Positions 1 through 11,777 of a stretch of DNA of 64,000 nt are shown here, in pieces. The stretch comes from Mobula birostris (lineage: Eukaryota): contig NC_092376.1 of assembly GCF_030028105.1 (NCBI RefSeq), positions 91,572,230 to 91,636,229 of the forward strand, given 5' to 3'. A program made the position numbers and the translations under genes. Each line of letters opens with the position of its first letter. Within the stretch, counting starts at the first letter, position 1. The notes under the pieces are model-generated. The model saw only the letters and a list, made by a program, of their open reading frames with translations, did not search any database and was not told the origin of the DNA.

Positions 1-3000
1 CCAACCCACCCTTCTACTCCCACATCCAGGTCGTTAATAAAAATCACAAGAAGTAGAGGTCCCAGAACAGATCCTTGTGGGACACCACTAGTCACAATCC
101 TCCAAACTGAATGTACTCCCTCCATCATCACCCTCTGCCTTCTGCAGGCAAGCCAATTCTGAATCCACCTGGCCAAACTTCCCTGGATCCCATGCCTTCT
201 AACCTTCTGAATAAGCCTGCCAAGTGGAACCTTGTCAAATGCCTTACTAAAATCCATATAGATCACATCCACTGCACTACCCTCATCTATATGCCTGGTC
301 ACCTCCTCAAAGAACTCTATCAGGCTTGTTAGACACGATCTGCCCTTCACAAAGCCATGTTGACTGTCCCTGATCAGACCATGATTCTCTAAATGCCCAG
401 AGATCCTATCTCTAAGAATCTTTTCCAACAGCTTTCCCACCACGGATGTAAGGCTCACTGGTCTATAATTACCCGGACTATCCCTACTACCTGTTTTGAA
501 CAAGGGGACAACATTCACCTCCCTCCAATCCTCTAGTACCATTCCTGCGGACAACGAGGACATAAAGATCCTAGCCAGAGGCTCTGCAATCTCTTCTCTC
601 GCCTCATGGAGCAGCCTGGGGAATATTCCGTCAGGCCCTGGGGACTTATCTGTCCTAATGTATTTTAACAACTCCAACACCTCCTTTCCCTTAATATCAA
701 CATGCTCCAGAACAACAACCTCACTCATATTGTCCTCACCATCTTCAAGTTCCCTCTTTACCCTACTCACCAAGGCTTTCTCATGCCCCCTTCTTGCTCT
801 TCTCAGCCCCTTCTTGCTCTTCTCAGCCCCTTCTTGCTCTTCTCAGCACCTTCTTAAGCTCCTTTCTTGCTTCCCTATATTCCTCAATAGACCCATCTGA
901 TCCTTGCTTCCTAAACCTCATGTATGCTGCCTTCTTCCCACCTGACTACATTTTCCACCTCACATGGTTCCTTCAGCCTAACATTCTTTATCTTCCTCAC
1001 CAGGACAAATTTATCCCTAACATCCCACAAGAGATCTCTAAACATCAACCACATGTCCATAGTACATTTCCCTGCAAAAATATCATCCCAATCCACACCA
1101 GCAATTTCTAGCCTTATAGCCTCATAGTCTGCCTTTCCCCAATTAAAAATGTTCCTGTGCTCTCTGATTCTATCCTTTTCCATGATAATGCTAAAGGCCA
1201 GGGAGCGGTGGTCACTGTCCCCCAGATGCTCACCCACTGAGAGATCTGTGACCTGACCCGGTTCATTACCTAGTACTAGATCTAGTATGGCATTCCCCCG
1301 AGTCGGCCTGTCCACATACTGTTCCAGGAATCCATCCTGGACACACTTAACAAACTCTGCCCCATCTAAACCCTTGGAACTAATCATGTGCCAATCAATA
1401 TTAGGGAAGTTACAATCACCCACGATAACAACCCTGTTATTTTTGCACCTTTCCAAAATCTGCCTCCCAATCTGCTCCACTGTATCTCTGCTGCTACTAG
1501 GCGGCCTATAGAATACTCCCAATAGAGTAACTGCTCCCTTCCTGTTCCTGACTTCCACCCATACTGACTCAAAAGAGGATCCTGCTACATTACCCACCCT
1601 TTCTGTAGCTGTAATAGTATCCCTGACCAGTAATGCCACCCTTCCTCCCCTTTTTTCCGCCCTCTCTATCCCTTTTAAAGCATCGAAATCCAGGAATATT
1701 GAGAATCCATTCCTGCCCTGGTGCCAGCCAATTCTCTGTAATGGCCACGACATCATAATTTCATGTATGTATCCAAGCTCTCAGTTCATCACCTTTGTTC
1801 CTGATGCTTCTTGCATTGAGGTACACACAGTTCAGCCCTTCTACCTTACTGTCTTTACACTGTTTATTCTGCTTCTCTTTCCTCAAAGCCTCTCTATATG
1901 TTAGATCTGGCTTTACTACATGCACTTCTTTCACTGCTGTATCGCTCTGGGTCCCATCCCCCTCGCAAATTAGTTTAAAGCCTCCCGAACCATGCTAGCA
2001 AACCTACCTGCAAAGATATTGCTCCCCCTTGAGTTCAGGTGCAACCCATTCAATCTGTACAGGTCCTACCTTCCCCAGAAGAGACCCCAATGATCTAAAA
2101 ATCTAAAACCCTGCTCCCTGCACCAACTCCTCAGCCACGCATTCAACTGCCATCTCCTCCAGTTCTTACCATCACTGTCACGTAGCACTGGCAGTAATCC
2201 TGAGAACGCCACCCTTGAGGTCCTGTTCTTCAGCCTTCTGCCTAGTTTCCGAAACTCACACTTCAGGACCTCATCCCTCTTCCTGCCTATGTCATTGGTC
2301 CCAACATGTATCACGACTTCTGGTTGCTTTCCCTCTCGTACCAGGATGTCGTGCACTCGGTCAGAGACGTCCCGGATCCTGGTACCCGGGAGGCAACAAA
2401 CCATGCGGGTGTCCTTCTCACGTCCACAAAATCTCCTGTCTGCTCCCCTGACTCTAGAGTCTCCAATGATGACAGCTCTCCTCTTCTCCGTCCCACCCTT
2501 CTGCACCACAAGGTCAGATTCAGTGCCAGAGGCCCTGTCACCGTGGCTCACACCTGGTTGGTCGTCCCCGCCAACAGTATCCAGGACGGTAAACTTATTA
2601 TTCCGGGGAATGGCTACAGGTGTGCTCTGCACTACCTGTCTACTCACCTTCGCTTTTCCCCCCTCTGACTGTCACCCAACGACCTGCTTCCGGCAGCCTA
2701 GGTGTGACTACCTCCCTGTAGCTCTCATCTGTGACTGCCGCATTCTCCCTTATGTGTCGAAGGTTATCCAGGGGCCGCTCCAGATTCCTTACACGGTCTT
2801 CTAGATCGCCCAGCTGTATGTACTTCTGGCAGATGTGACTCTGCGGGAGAGGGGAGTTCCCCCAAGACTGCCACATCTCACATGAGAGGCACATCACCGT
2901 CTCAGGAGACATTGTAAAAACTAACTGCTAGCTAGCTTGTCCTCTGCCTCTTCTCGTCGAAGCCTCTCGAGTCAAAGCCTCAAAGCTCCTCTCTTTCACT

Positions 3001-3300
3001 GGCCCTCTCACTCACTGGCCACTTTCCACAGGCTGCTTCCTTTGAGCTATCCCTCTATTTATCTGTTTGAGCTTTTCAAAATGTTTGGTCACCTGACCCC
3101 GACTGCCCAATCAGCTGCTTTCTGCTGAGTCTGAGCTATTCAAATCTTGATTGTCTAATCAACAGCTTTCTGCTGATCTATTCAAATCTTGATTGACTTG
3201 ATTGCACAGACCAACTGCCAAAACTGCCAGAATCTCTCGAGTCAAAGCCTCAAAGCTCCACTCTCTCACTGGCCCACTCACGCACTCGCCGCTTTCCACT
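1..3300 (-). mobile_element. CR1-clade LINE, 5' portion (5'UTR, ORF1 zinc-finger + SGNH esterase, ORF2 APE endonuclease and start of RT), degenerate
   Basis: ORF 2640-2912 has a CxxC...HxC motif. ORF 2066-2647 has GDS and VIHVGTND esterase motifs. ORF 911-1756 has the endonuclease motifs YRPP, GDCN, LDLVL and SDH. RT-like sequence occupies 1-700. Contains frameshifts and deletions. Confidence 0.9.
787..846. repeat. 3 x 20-bp tandem repeat (CCCCTTCTTGCTCTTCTCAG) inside CR1 ORF2
   Basis: Three consecutive identical units read directly. Confidence 0.9.
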
Positions 3301-3317
3301 GTGAATGACAGTTCCAC

Positions 3318-5245
3318 CAGAGTACAGAATACAGTCACAGTACAGCACAGTTCAGAACAGAGTTACAGTATAGCACAGTACGGAATAGAGACAGAGTTCA
3401 GAACAGAGTAGTGTCACAGCACAGTACAGTACAGAATAGTGACGCAGCACAGTAAAGTACAGAATTGAGTCACAGTACATCACAGCAGAGAATAGAGTCA
3501 CAGTACAGTGTAGCATAGTGCAGAATAGACTCACAGTACAGCACAGTACAGAATACAGTCACAGTTCAGCCTACTACAGAATAGAGTCACAGTACAGTAC
3601 AGAACAGCATAGAGTCACAGAACAGTAAAAGACAGAATAGAGTCACAGTACAGCACAGAGCAGTAAGAATAGAATCACAGTACAGCATAGCAGAGAGTTG
3701 AGTCATATTACAGAACAGCACAGTGCAGAATGGACTCACAGTACAGCACCGTTCAGTACAGAATAGAGTTGCAGTACAGTACAGTACAGAATAGTGACAC
3801 AGCACTGTAAAGTACAGCATTGAGTCACAGTACAACATAGCAGAGAACAGAGTCACAGTACAGTGCAGAATGGAGTCACAGTGCAACACAGCACAAAATA
3901 GAGTCATCGTACAGTACAGCACAGTACGGAGTATTGTCACAGTACACTACAGCACAGTACAGAATAGAGTCACAGTGCAGCACAGCACAGAATAGAGTCA
4001 CAGTAGAGAACAGTACAGAATAGAGTCACAGTTCAGCACAGCACAGCACAGAATAGAGTCACAGTACAGTACAACACAGTACAGAATTGAGTCACAGTAC
4101 AGTACAGTACAGAATAGAGTGAGTGTGGGCATGTGGCCAAGTGGTTAAGGCATTGGACTAGTGACCTGAAGGTCGTGAGTTCGAGCCCCAGCCAAGCAAG
4201 GCAATTAATCACACATTGCTCTGCGACGACACTGGTGCCAAGCTGTTTGGGTCTTAATGCCCTTCCCTTGGACAACATTGGTTTCATGGAGAGGGGAGAC
4301 TTGCAGCCTGGTCAACTGCTGGTCTTCCATACAACCTTGCCCAGGCCTGCTTCCTGGAGAGTGAAGACTTTTCAGGCGCAGATCCATGGTCTCGCAAGAC
4401 TAACAGATGCCTTTAAAGAATAGAGTGACAGTAAATCACAGTGCAGAATAGAGTCACAATACAGCACAGCACAGTACAGAACAGAGTCACAGTATAGTAC
4501 AGTACAGTAAAGAAGAGAGTAACAGTACTGATTAGAATCACAGTACAGTACGGCATAGAGTCACAGCACAGCACAGTGTAGTATAGAATAGAGTCACAGT
4601 GCAGCTCAGTTCAGTACAGAAGAGAGTCACAGTTCCACACAGTACAGGATAGAGTCACAGTACTGTACAGTACAGCATAGTATCACAGCACTATAAAGTA
4701 CAGAATTAAGTCACAGTACAGCACAGCAGAGAATAGAGTCATATTACAGCACAGCACAGTGCAGAATAGGGTTAAAGTGCAGCATAGCTAGGACAGATTA
4801 GTCACTGTATACTACAGTACAGAATATAGTCACAGTACAGCACAGAATAGAGACACAGTACACTACAGTACAGAATAGAGCCACAGTACAGCACAGCACA
4901 GTGCAGAATAGAGTCCAGTATGGTGGAGCACAGAACAGAATAGTTTCCCAGTACGGGACAGTACAGAATAGAGTCACAGCACAGTAAAATACAGAACAGA
5001 TTCACAGTACTGAACAGCACAGTACAGAATAGAGTCACAGTACAGCACAGTACAGAATAGAGTAACAGTACAGTACAGAATAGAGTAACGGTACAGTATA
5101 GTACAGAATAGATTCATAGTTCAGCACAGTAGAGAATAGAGTCACAGTACAGCACAGCAGAGAGTTGAGTCATATTACAGAACAGCACAGTGCAGAATGG
5201 TGTCACAGTACAGCACAGTACACTGTAGAGTCACAGTACAGTTAC
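3318..5245. repeat. Satellite built from ACAGT/ACAGC pentamers and AGAATAGAGTC units
   Basis: Recurrent CAGAATAGAGTCACAGTACAGCA-type units over ~1.9 kb, interrupted by a SINE at 4123-4416. Confidence 0.95.
4123..4416 (+). mobile_element. tRNA-derived SINE inserted in the satellite
   Basis: A-box TGGCCAAGTGG and B-box GTTCGAGCC. Flanked by 12-bp direct repeat AGAATAGAGTGA at 4111-4122 and 4417-4428. Confidence 0.85.
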
Positions 5246-5269
5246 TGAATTTACTGAGGAGGGTGGAAC

Positions 5270-5697
5270 ACTACTGAGAGGCCAACTAGACAGTTGCATG
5301 TCACATACGAGCCTGTCCCTTAAGCATCAGAAAGTCCATCTCTAAAGTAACAGTACTGGGAAAGTTTGCACATTTCTGCAATGTATTCAGAAATGCTTTC
5401 ATCCTTTGACTGGTTCCTTTTGTAAAATCTAAATCTCTCAGCTATTACCAGCAGTTTCGGGCTCAAGTGATTTTGTAAAATTGTAACGATTTCATCAAAC
5501 GTCTTCCTTGCTGGTTTTTCAGGGGTTATTAAGTTGCATAAGAGACTATGTTCTTCCACCCACAAAGCTAAGAAGCATAGGCCTTTCTTTTGCTCAACTA
5601 CAACATTTGCCTTACAATACAGTTCAACCCTCTCGCTACACAATTCCCAGCCTTCATTAGGGCTATTAAATTCATCAACTTTCCCATCTGAAGCCAT
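5270..5697 (-). mobile_element. Gypsy/Ty3 LTR-retrotransposon gag N-terminal fragment
   Basis: MASDGKVDEF...ERVELYCKAN...PEKP..KTFDEIV..L.NH.SPK.LVIAERFRF..RNQ..DESISEYIA is the typical gag signature of K02A2.6-like Gypsy elements. It is followed by a frameshifted RDRLVC. Confidence 0.8.
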
Positions 5698-5949
5698 CGC
5701 CGTGTTATTTTCATTTTAAATTTGCTAGTTCTATCTTTCACTGTGTACTATATAGTGTAATCATGCATCCCTTTGTTAGAGTTCGTGACAGCTTTCTCTA
5801 TACTGCTTAACTCTTTCGTCTCAGTGCTTCATCCATAACTATCATTGCAGTTGGTGATATTCTCTGATATTCAGGTTCATACTCACTGACAATTTGTTGT
5901 GTTTGTGCACAACTACATAATAATTAAATCAAATCACATACTTGGGAAG

Positions 5950-6790
5950 TGGCTTTAACTTGTGTATTCACATTGCAGTGAGGGAGAGAGAGAACAATCA
6001 GCATGCATAGCCAATAGATCAATATGCATGTGCACAAGCATAGACAACAGTCCATCCATAGTGCTAAGGGGAGTCATTGCTCTAAAAGTAATGGATCCAT
6101 ACATTACACTTACTGTTAAGACATCCATTATCCAGTTGCAGAGGGAGGAGCTGAGACCTAGCAAAGACAGCTTCCCCACCAGTTTCTGGGTATGATGGTG
6201 TTGAATGGTGAACTGAAATCCGTAAATAGCAGTCTGGCATATGAAACCACATTTTCCAGGTGGGACAGGACAGAGTGGAGGGCAGAGACAACTACATTAT
6301 TAGTGGATCAACCTAACTGAAAAGTGAACTGGAATGGGTCCAATGTAACTGAGAGAAAGGCTTTAATGTGCTCCATGACCAGCTGCTCAAAGCATTTCAT
6401 AATAGTTGATGTTATTGCCACTGGAGATAGTCATTTAGGCAGGTTACTGTCACCTTCTTTCGTACTGGAATGATAGTTGCTTCCTTGAAAACAGAGGGGA
6501 CAATGGACCGTTCCAGAGAGATGTTGAATATATCCGTCAGCACCTCTGTCAGCTGGGTTCCACAGTCTTTCAGAACCCATCCTGGTAGATTATCAGGCCC
6601 CGCAGCTTTGCATAGGTTGACTCTGGCCAGGGTCTTCCTCACCTCAGCTTCAGCTAGACAGATTATCTGCTCCCCCGGGTGGAGCGGTACGTTTCCTCAC
6701 CAGGACTTTGTTCTGTGCATCAAACCTGAAGTAGAAGACATTCGGACTCTCAGGGTGTGAAGCATCAGGTCACTGATACACAGGGTAGAC
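5950..6790 (-). mobile_element. Rex1/Babar LINE RT fragment
   Basis: KAAGPDNLPGWVLKDC..QLTEVLTDIFNISL...IIPVRKK..VTCLNDY and LGLSSSLCNWIMD motifs. Confidence 0.8.
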
Positions 6791-6792
6791 TT

Positions 6793-7191
6793 AGAAACCA
6801 TAGAAAAACTACAGCACAGAAACAGGCCTTTTGGCCCTTCTTGGCTGTGCCGAACCATTTTCTGTCTAGCCCCACTGACCTGCACACGGACCATATCCCT
6901 CCATACACCTCCCATCCATGTATCTGTCCAATTTATTCTTAAATGTTAAAAAAGAACCTGCATTTACCACCTCATCTGGCAGCTCATTCCACACTCCCAC
7001 CACTCTCTGTGTGAAGAAGTCTCCGCTAATGTTCCCTTTGAACTTTTCCCCCTTCACCCTTAACCCATGTCCTCTGGTTTTTTTCTCCCCTTGCCTCAGT
7101 GGAAAAAACCTGATTGCATTCACCCTATCCACACCCATCATAATCTTATATACCTCCATCAAATCTCCCCTCATTCTTCTACGCTCCAGGG
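6793..7191 (-). mobile_element. CR1 LINE 3' end
   Basis: LERRRMRGDLMEVYKIM...TRGH...FFTQRVVGVWNELP is the ORF2 C-terminus, followed by a 3' tail. Confidence 0.9.
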
Positions 7192-9448
7192 TAGGGGTCG
7201 CCAACCCGTCGATCGCGATCGACCAGTCGATCTTTGAGACTTTCCCAGTAGATCCCGAAGAAAAATCAAAAATAAATACACAAATACTGTTGTAATGTGA
7301 GCATTATAAAAGTAAGTAGTACTAATTAGGATAATGGTAAAATAACAATATTTTCGCTAAAAAGCTGTTTGTAAAGAGAGATTGTTTCTGGGTCGCGGGA
7401 GTTTAGTTCCATTCTTTCTGCCCAGTGTACATGTGTCATTCCCCTGCCATGCACCGCATTTTCAGCGTAGCCTGTGCTGCATCAAAGTGACCAATCAGAC
7501 TCGATAAGAGTACAGACTGTCACAGACATCAATATACGGCAGTGGTCCCCAACCTCTGGGCCGCGAAGCATGCAGGGGTGCAGTGGTAGGCAGGATGCAC
7601 ACAGCACGTCTTTAAGAAAAAAAGCCGAAATAAGCAAGCTATTTAATTAAGAGCCGTCCAGCACATGAGTGTCGGCCCAGATCAGAGGCGACGCAATCGG
7701 CAATCGCTCGTGATATCCTGATAGCATAGGGGAGGCTCCACGAAAGAAGGCGAAAACATACAAATTCCATCTAGAATGGGAAGAGGAATTTCAATTTACC
7801 TTGGTGAAAGACAAGTGTGTATGTATTTTGCGCCACCAAACACAAGCACTGACTAAAAGAGGGAATCTGGAGCGGCACCGCAACACCAACCATCAGGAAT
7901 TTAAAGACACCTACCCCCCAAAGAGCGCAATCCGAGCCTGGAAAGTTGAGCTGAAATCGGGGTTAAAGGCCCAGCAATCGTTTTCCACAAAACATGCTGC
8001 TCAAAATAAGGCTGCTATTGAAGCATCATTTCATGTAAGTCACCTTTTGGCTAAACACAAGAAGCCTTTTACAGATGGCGATTTATTCAAGGAAGCAATG
8101 GTCATTACTGCAGAGACTGTTTTTAATGACTTTAAAAACAAAAACAGCATCACAACCGCAGTACATAACATACTGCTTGGCCCAGCAACAGTGACAAGGA
8201 GGGTAGAGTCACCATCAGAGGACGTGAATATTTTCAACTACAGTTTGACGAATCCCTGGATGTAATGCAAACAGCTCAGCTTGTATTTGTCAGAATGGCT
8301 TTCCAGGATTTTACAGTAAAGGAGGACTTCCTCATTCTTATGCACTTAAAGGAAAGAACCAGAGGTGAGGATATTTACAATGAGTTTAAAAAAAATGTCC
8401 ATGAAGATGACATCTCCATTCATAAACTGGTGGCAATTACTACTGATGGGGCCGAGCAATGCGCTTTGTGCGCGTTGGTTTTATACCACTAAAAGTCAGT
8501 GCCTACTTCGGGTCAACTTATCTATGTGAAATTGCATTTTCACAGATGAAGATTATTATATCTAAGTACAGGAGCTAACTTACTGACTGACACCTCACTA
8601 GGGTTGCCAACCTTCTCACTCCCAAATAAGGGACAAAAGTAGCAGTCAAATCCCGGGACATTTGTGTTTACCCCGAGAAAGACTACCATGACCATGAAGC
8701 CTTGCGCGGGCACCTGTGCGCGCATGCGAGTACGTGCCGTTTTTTTTACCCCACGAATCGGTTTTCGCTTAATCTTCATTATTTCTACTTCATACAGGTT
8801 GTGTATTTATCATCTCATTCCTGCTTTTACTATATGTTAGTGTTATTTTAGGTTTTATGTGTTATTTGGTATGATTTGGTAGGTTTTTTTTGGGTCTGGG
8901 AACGCTCAAAATTTTTTTCCATATAAATTAATGGTAATTGCTTCTTTGACATAAAACATTTCAGCACAGAAGGTTTCATAGGAACGTTCTACCTTAGGGG
9001 GGGTATATGGGAGAGTTGGCAAGCCTACACCTCACAGACTGTCTCAGCCTGGCTGTCTGTAGTTATGAGCCAAATTTCAGGGAACTATCAGAAAGTACTC
9101 AGCCCCAGTCATCACACTGAGTGCAACAGTCAATTTTTATTCATTTATTTTTCGTGTTGAAATAAAATTAAATAATAAAACTTAGAATTAAAGGTGTGAA
9201 GTATATTCTTAAAGAAAGACAGCTATGGCCTGTTTGATATGCTGGTTACAGTGTTTTCTTGTTTGAGTTAATTTGAAAGTTTGACAAAAGTATTTTGTGT
9301 AATTCAAATACAATTCGCCCAAATAAAAGGCCTCACATTGGAAGTACCATCTGACCTGTCTTTTCTCTAGACGATTTAGTAGGTAGATCTTGCCTTTCAC
9401 TGAAGTCAAGGTAGGGGATCTTGGGCTTAAAAAGGTTGGTGACCACTA
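7192..9448 (+). mobile_element. hAT (Charlie/Buster, GTF2IRD2-like) DNA transposon, internally deleted, dead transposase
   Basis: Terminal inverted repeats TAGGGGTCGCCAACC (7192) and GGTTGGTGACCACTA (ends 9448). Peptide remnants FHLEWEEEFQFTLVKDKCVCI, KHKKPFTDG, ITTDGA, and C-terminal FGSTYLCEIAFSQMKII. No matching TSD is visible. Confidence 0.85.
8599..9027. mobile_element. hAT MITE (Blackjack/Tip100-like termini) nested in the Buster element
   Basis: TIRs TAGGGTTGCCAAC and GTTGGCAAGCCTA. Perfect 8-bp TSD CACCTCAC at 8591-8598 and 9028-9035. Confidence 0.9.
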
Positions 9449-9452
9449 GTCT

Positions 9453-11270
9453 AGGTGCTGTGCATGAGCAGTTGGTCGTACACAGGTGGCAGCCACTCGC
9501 CTTCTTCACCTGCCAGCTCCATCCTCCCAAATGGAAGTGCAGCATGTTTGACCGTGAGCTTCTTGATCTCTATTTGGCTTTCTGCCATTTTTGTTTTCTT
9601 CTAGAGCATTGCCATTTTACAGTATTCGTTGATCACAGACCCCTTGTGCATGCGATGGCCAAAATATCAGTCCCTTGGTCTACATGGCAGCAGCACCACC
9701 TGGCCTAAGTATCAAAATTCACAACATATCAAAGGGAAAAATCATGCCGAGGCCAAATGCCCTTCACAGCCAGCCATTGAGGCCATACACATAGGGGGTG
9801 ACTATGCTGGCGTGACAGCTACCAAGTTATTGACCTAGAGTTTCAGGCTTACTGAACAGCAGTTACGGGCCTGCAACTGGCTACAATGAAGTTTGGAGAA
9901 GCTGGGGTTTCTCTCCTGTGCAATGACTCAGCAGGTCACCCTCACCCCACTGAGCCCACAAACCAGAGATGGACTGTTTTGGACTCTATACGTAGCCTCA
10001 CAGAAACTGGTCGCTCTAAAGTTTGTGTGGCAGGGCCTTCAAAGGGACGTGCGTTATTGGACTGTAGCCTGTGTGGAGTGACTTCAGGCAAAAATTATTT
10101 GTCATATTCAGGCCCTTTGGCACCTCTTGAGGTCTCTGAGCGATGGTTCGACCATGTCAATATGGACCTTGTTTGTCCTTTCCTCCCTCCCATAGTTTCC
10201 TGCACCTCCTTACCATGGTGAACTGCACCACCAGGTGGCCAGATATTATTCCCCCTTGCATCGATGATGGCCACAGATGTGGCTCAGATATTCATCAGCA
10301 CCTGGGTTACTCAATTTGGCACTCCATCTGATATTTCCTCTGACCACAGTCCCCAATGATGGTCCAGAGACTTGGCGTTGGGCTGCATCACACCATGTTG
10401 TGTCACCAGTAGTCCAACAGCTTATGTGAGCTGTTTCACCATTCCTTAAAGGCTGCCCTGATTTCAAACAAAGACCAGCAGTTATATGTGGCTGAGTTGG
10501 AACACAAACAGTCATTACGAGTGCCAGGTGATTTCATTCCTGATGTCATAGCCGCCTGATCAGCATCTCAATAGTGTACCAGCCTCCTCAGCAAATTCAA
10601 TTCCTTTTCACCTATTCCTACCTCCCATTATGGCATACAGCACTCTTGTGTTCCTGTTGACCTACATTCCAATTTGCTGGTTTTCATCCACCACGTTGCA
10701 CACCAACATCCCCTAAGGCCCCCTTACAATGGCCCATTTCGTATTTAACAGAGAGAAAAGACAAGAGTGGTAAACCTGACCGTATTTTGATAGATTGCCT
10801 TGATCTGGTCCACCAAGATTCGGGGGATTCCCTGGTGAAACGACGTGACTGTGAGTGTATCTACGCACCTCTGGATGGGCCAGAGTAACTTGCTGTTCCT
10901 CCACCCATGGAACTTAGGACCGGCTCATCTGAGCTCCAGATAACCAGCTCGCAATGCCGGTTTTAGTGAATTTGGGCGGGGGAGGGGGGGAGGTCTGCGT
11001 AGTATAATGCGTTTGGTGGAAATGTACATCACTCACAACCACCGACATTGAGTTGGTGTTTCACTGTATGGGGCTGGTCTGATGTGATGATATAATCACA
11101 TTTAAGGTTTTTAGTGTGCTTTGGGCGTAGTTGTTGGTTTTCAATAGACCAGTTGCTACTGCTTTCCTGAAAGATAAAATGTCTCCACCACTATATATGT
11201 GAAAATATGCAGTATTGTACATAGCCCGCAGAGTGTCGTCGTGGTTCACTGACCCCATCTTGCTCAGTTC
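9453..11270 (+). mobile_element. Gypsy pol remnant (RNase H, integrase), polypurine tract and probable 3' LTR
   Basis: WQPLAFF..QL...FDRELL..YLA..HF..LLE...FTVFVDHRPL is RNase H. FDHVNMDLV and LLTMVN.TTRWP are integrase. G-rich PPT at ~10974-10993. The LTR end is uncertain. Confidence 0.75.
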
Positions 11271-11319
11271 TAAGCAAGAGAAATGACTTTATCTCTTATC
11301 GTAATCTATTTCAATTTAT

Positions 11320-11570
11320 TTATTCATTTATTTAGAGATGCAACATAGAATAGGCCCTTTGAGCCGCACCACACAGCAGCCCATCTAACTGTGGGACAGC
11401 TTACAATGACGAATTAACCTGCTGACTGATAGATCCTTGGACTGTGGGAGCAAACTAGGATGGCCAGAAAACCCACGTACACACAGGGAGCAATGTAGAA
11501 ACTTGCTTACAGAAGAATTGAACTCTGATCTCTGATGCCTATAACTGTACTGTACTACCATGGCACCGTA
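11320..11570 (-). mobile_element. V-SINE (HE1-like) fragment
   Basis: Reverse complement of the CCCACAGTCCAAGGA...GGTTAATT.GTCATTGTAA V-domain, shared with the copies at 11778-13350 and 59345-59620. Confidence 0.65.
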
Positions 11571-11777
11571 ATCACATAAGTGAGTGCAAAAATGCACGTT
11601 TGCTGATGATTCAAAACTAGATGAGAATGAAAACAATGAAAAGGGCTATGAATAGATCAACAAGTAGGAAAGGTTTCAGGCCCAGTCCTGAGGGAGGGTC
11701 TCTGTCCAAAATGTCAACTATTCATTTCCCACCTGACCTGCTGACTTCATCTATCATTTGTGTCACAAAATTTGTGC

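Noticed and set aside
4127-4195. tRNA gene (also 58818-58885)
   Set aside because: A and B boxes are present but no acceptor stem closes, and the sequence continues into a SINE body. These are SINE heads.
3318-5245. CRISPR-like array, or RAG recombination signals (CACAGTG heptamers)
   Set aside because: No constant repeat with unique spacers and no cas genes. Heptamers arise from the pentamer satellite and have no nonamer at 12/23 spacing. The Cys/Tyr-rich ORFs here are repeat translations.
7801-8492. Domesticated GTF2IRD2/ZBED-like gene
   Set aside because: It has frameshifts, large deletions, a nested MITE and retained TIRs. It is a dead transposon.
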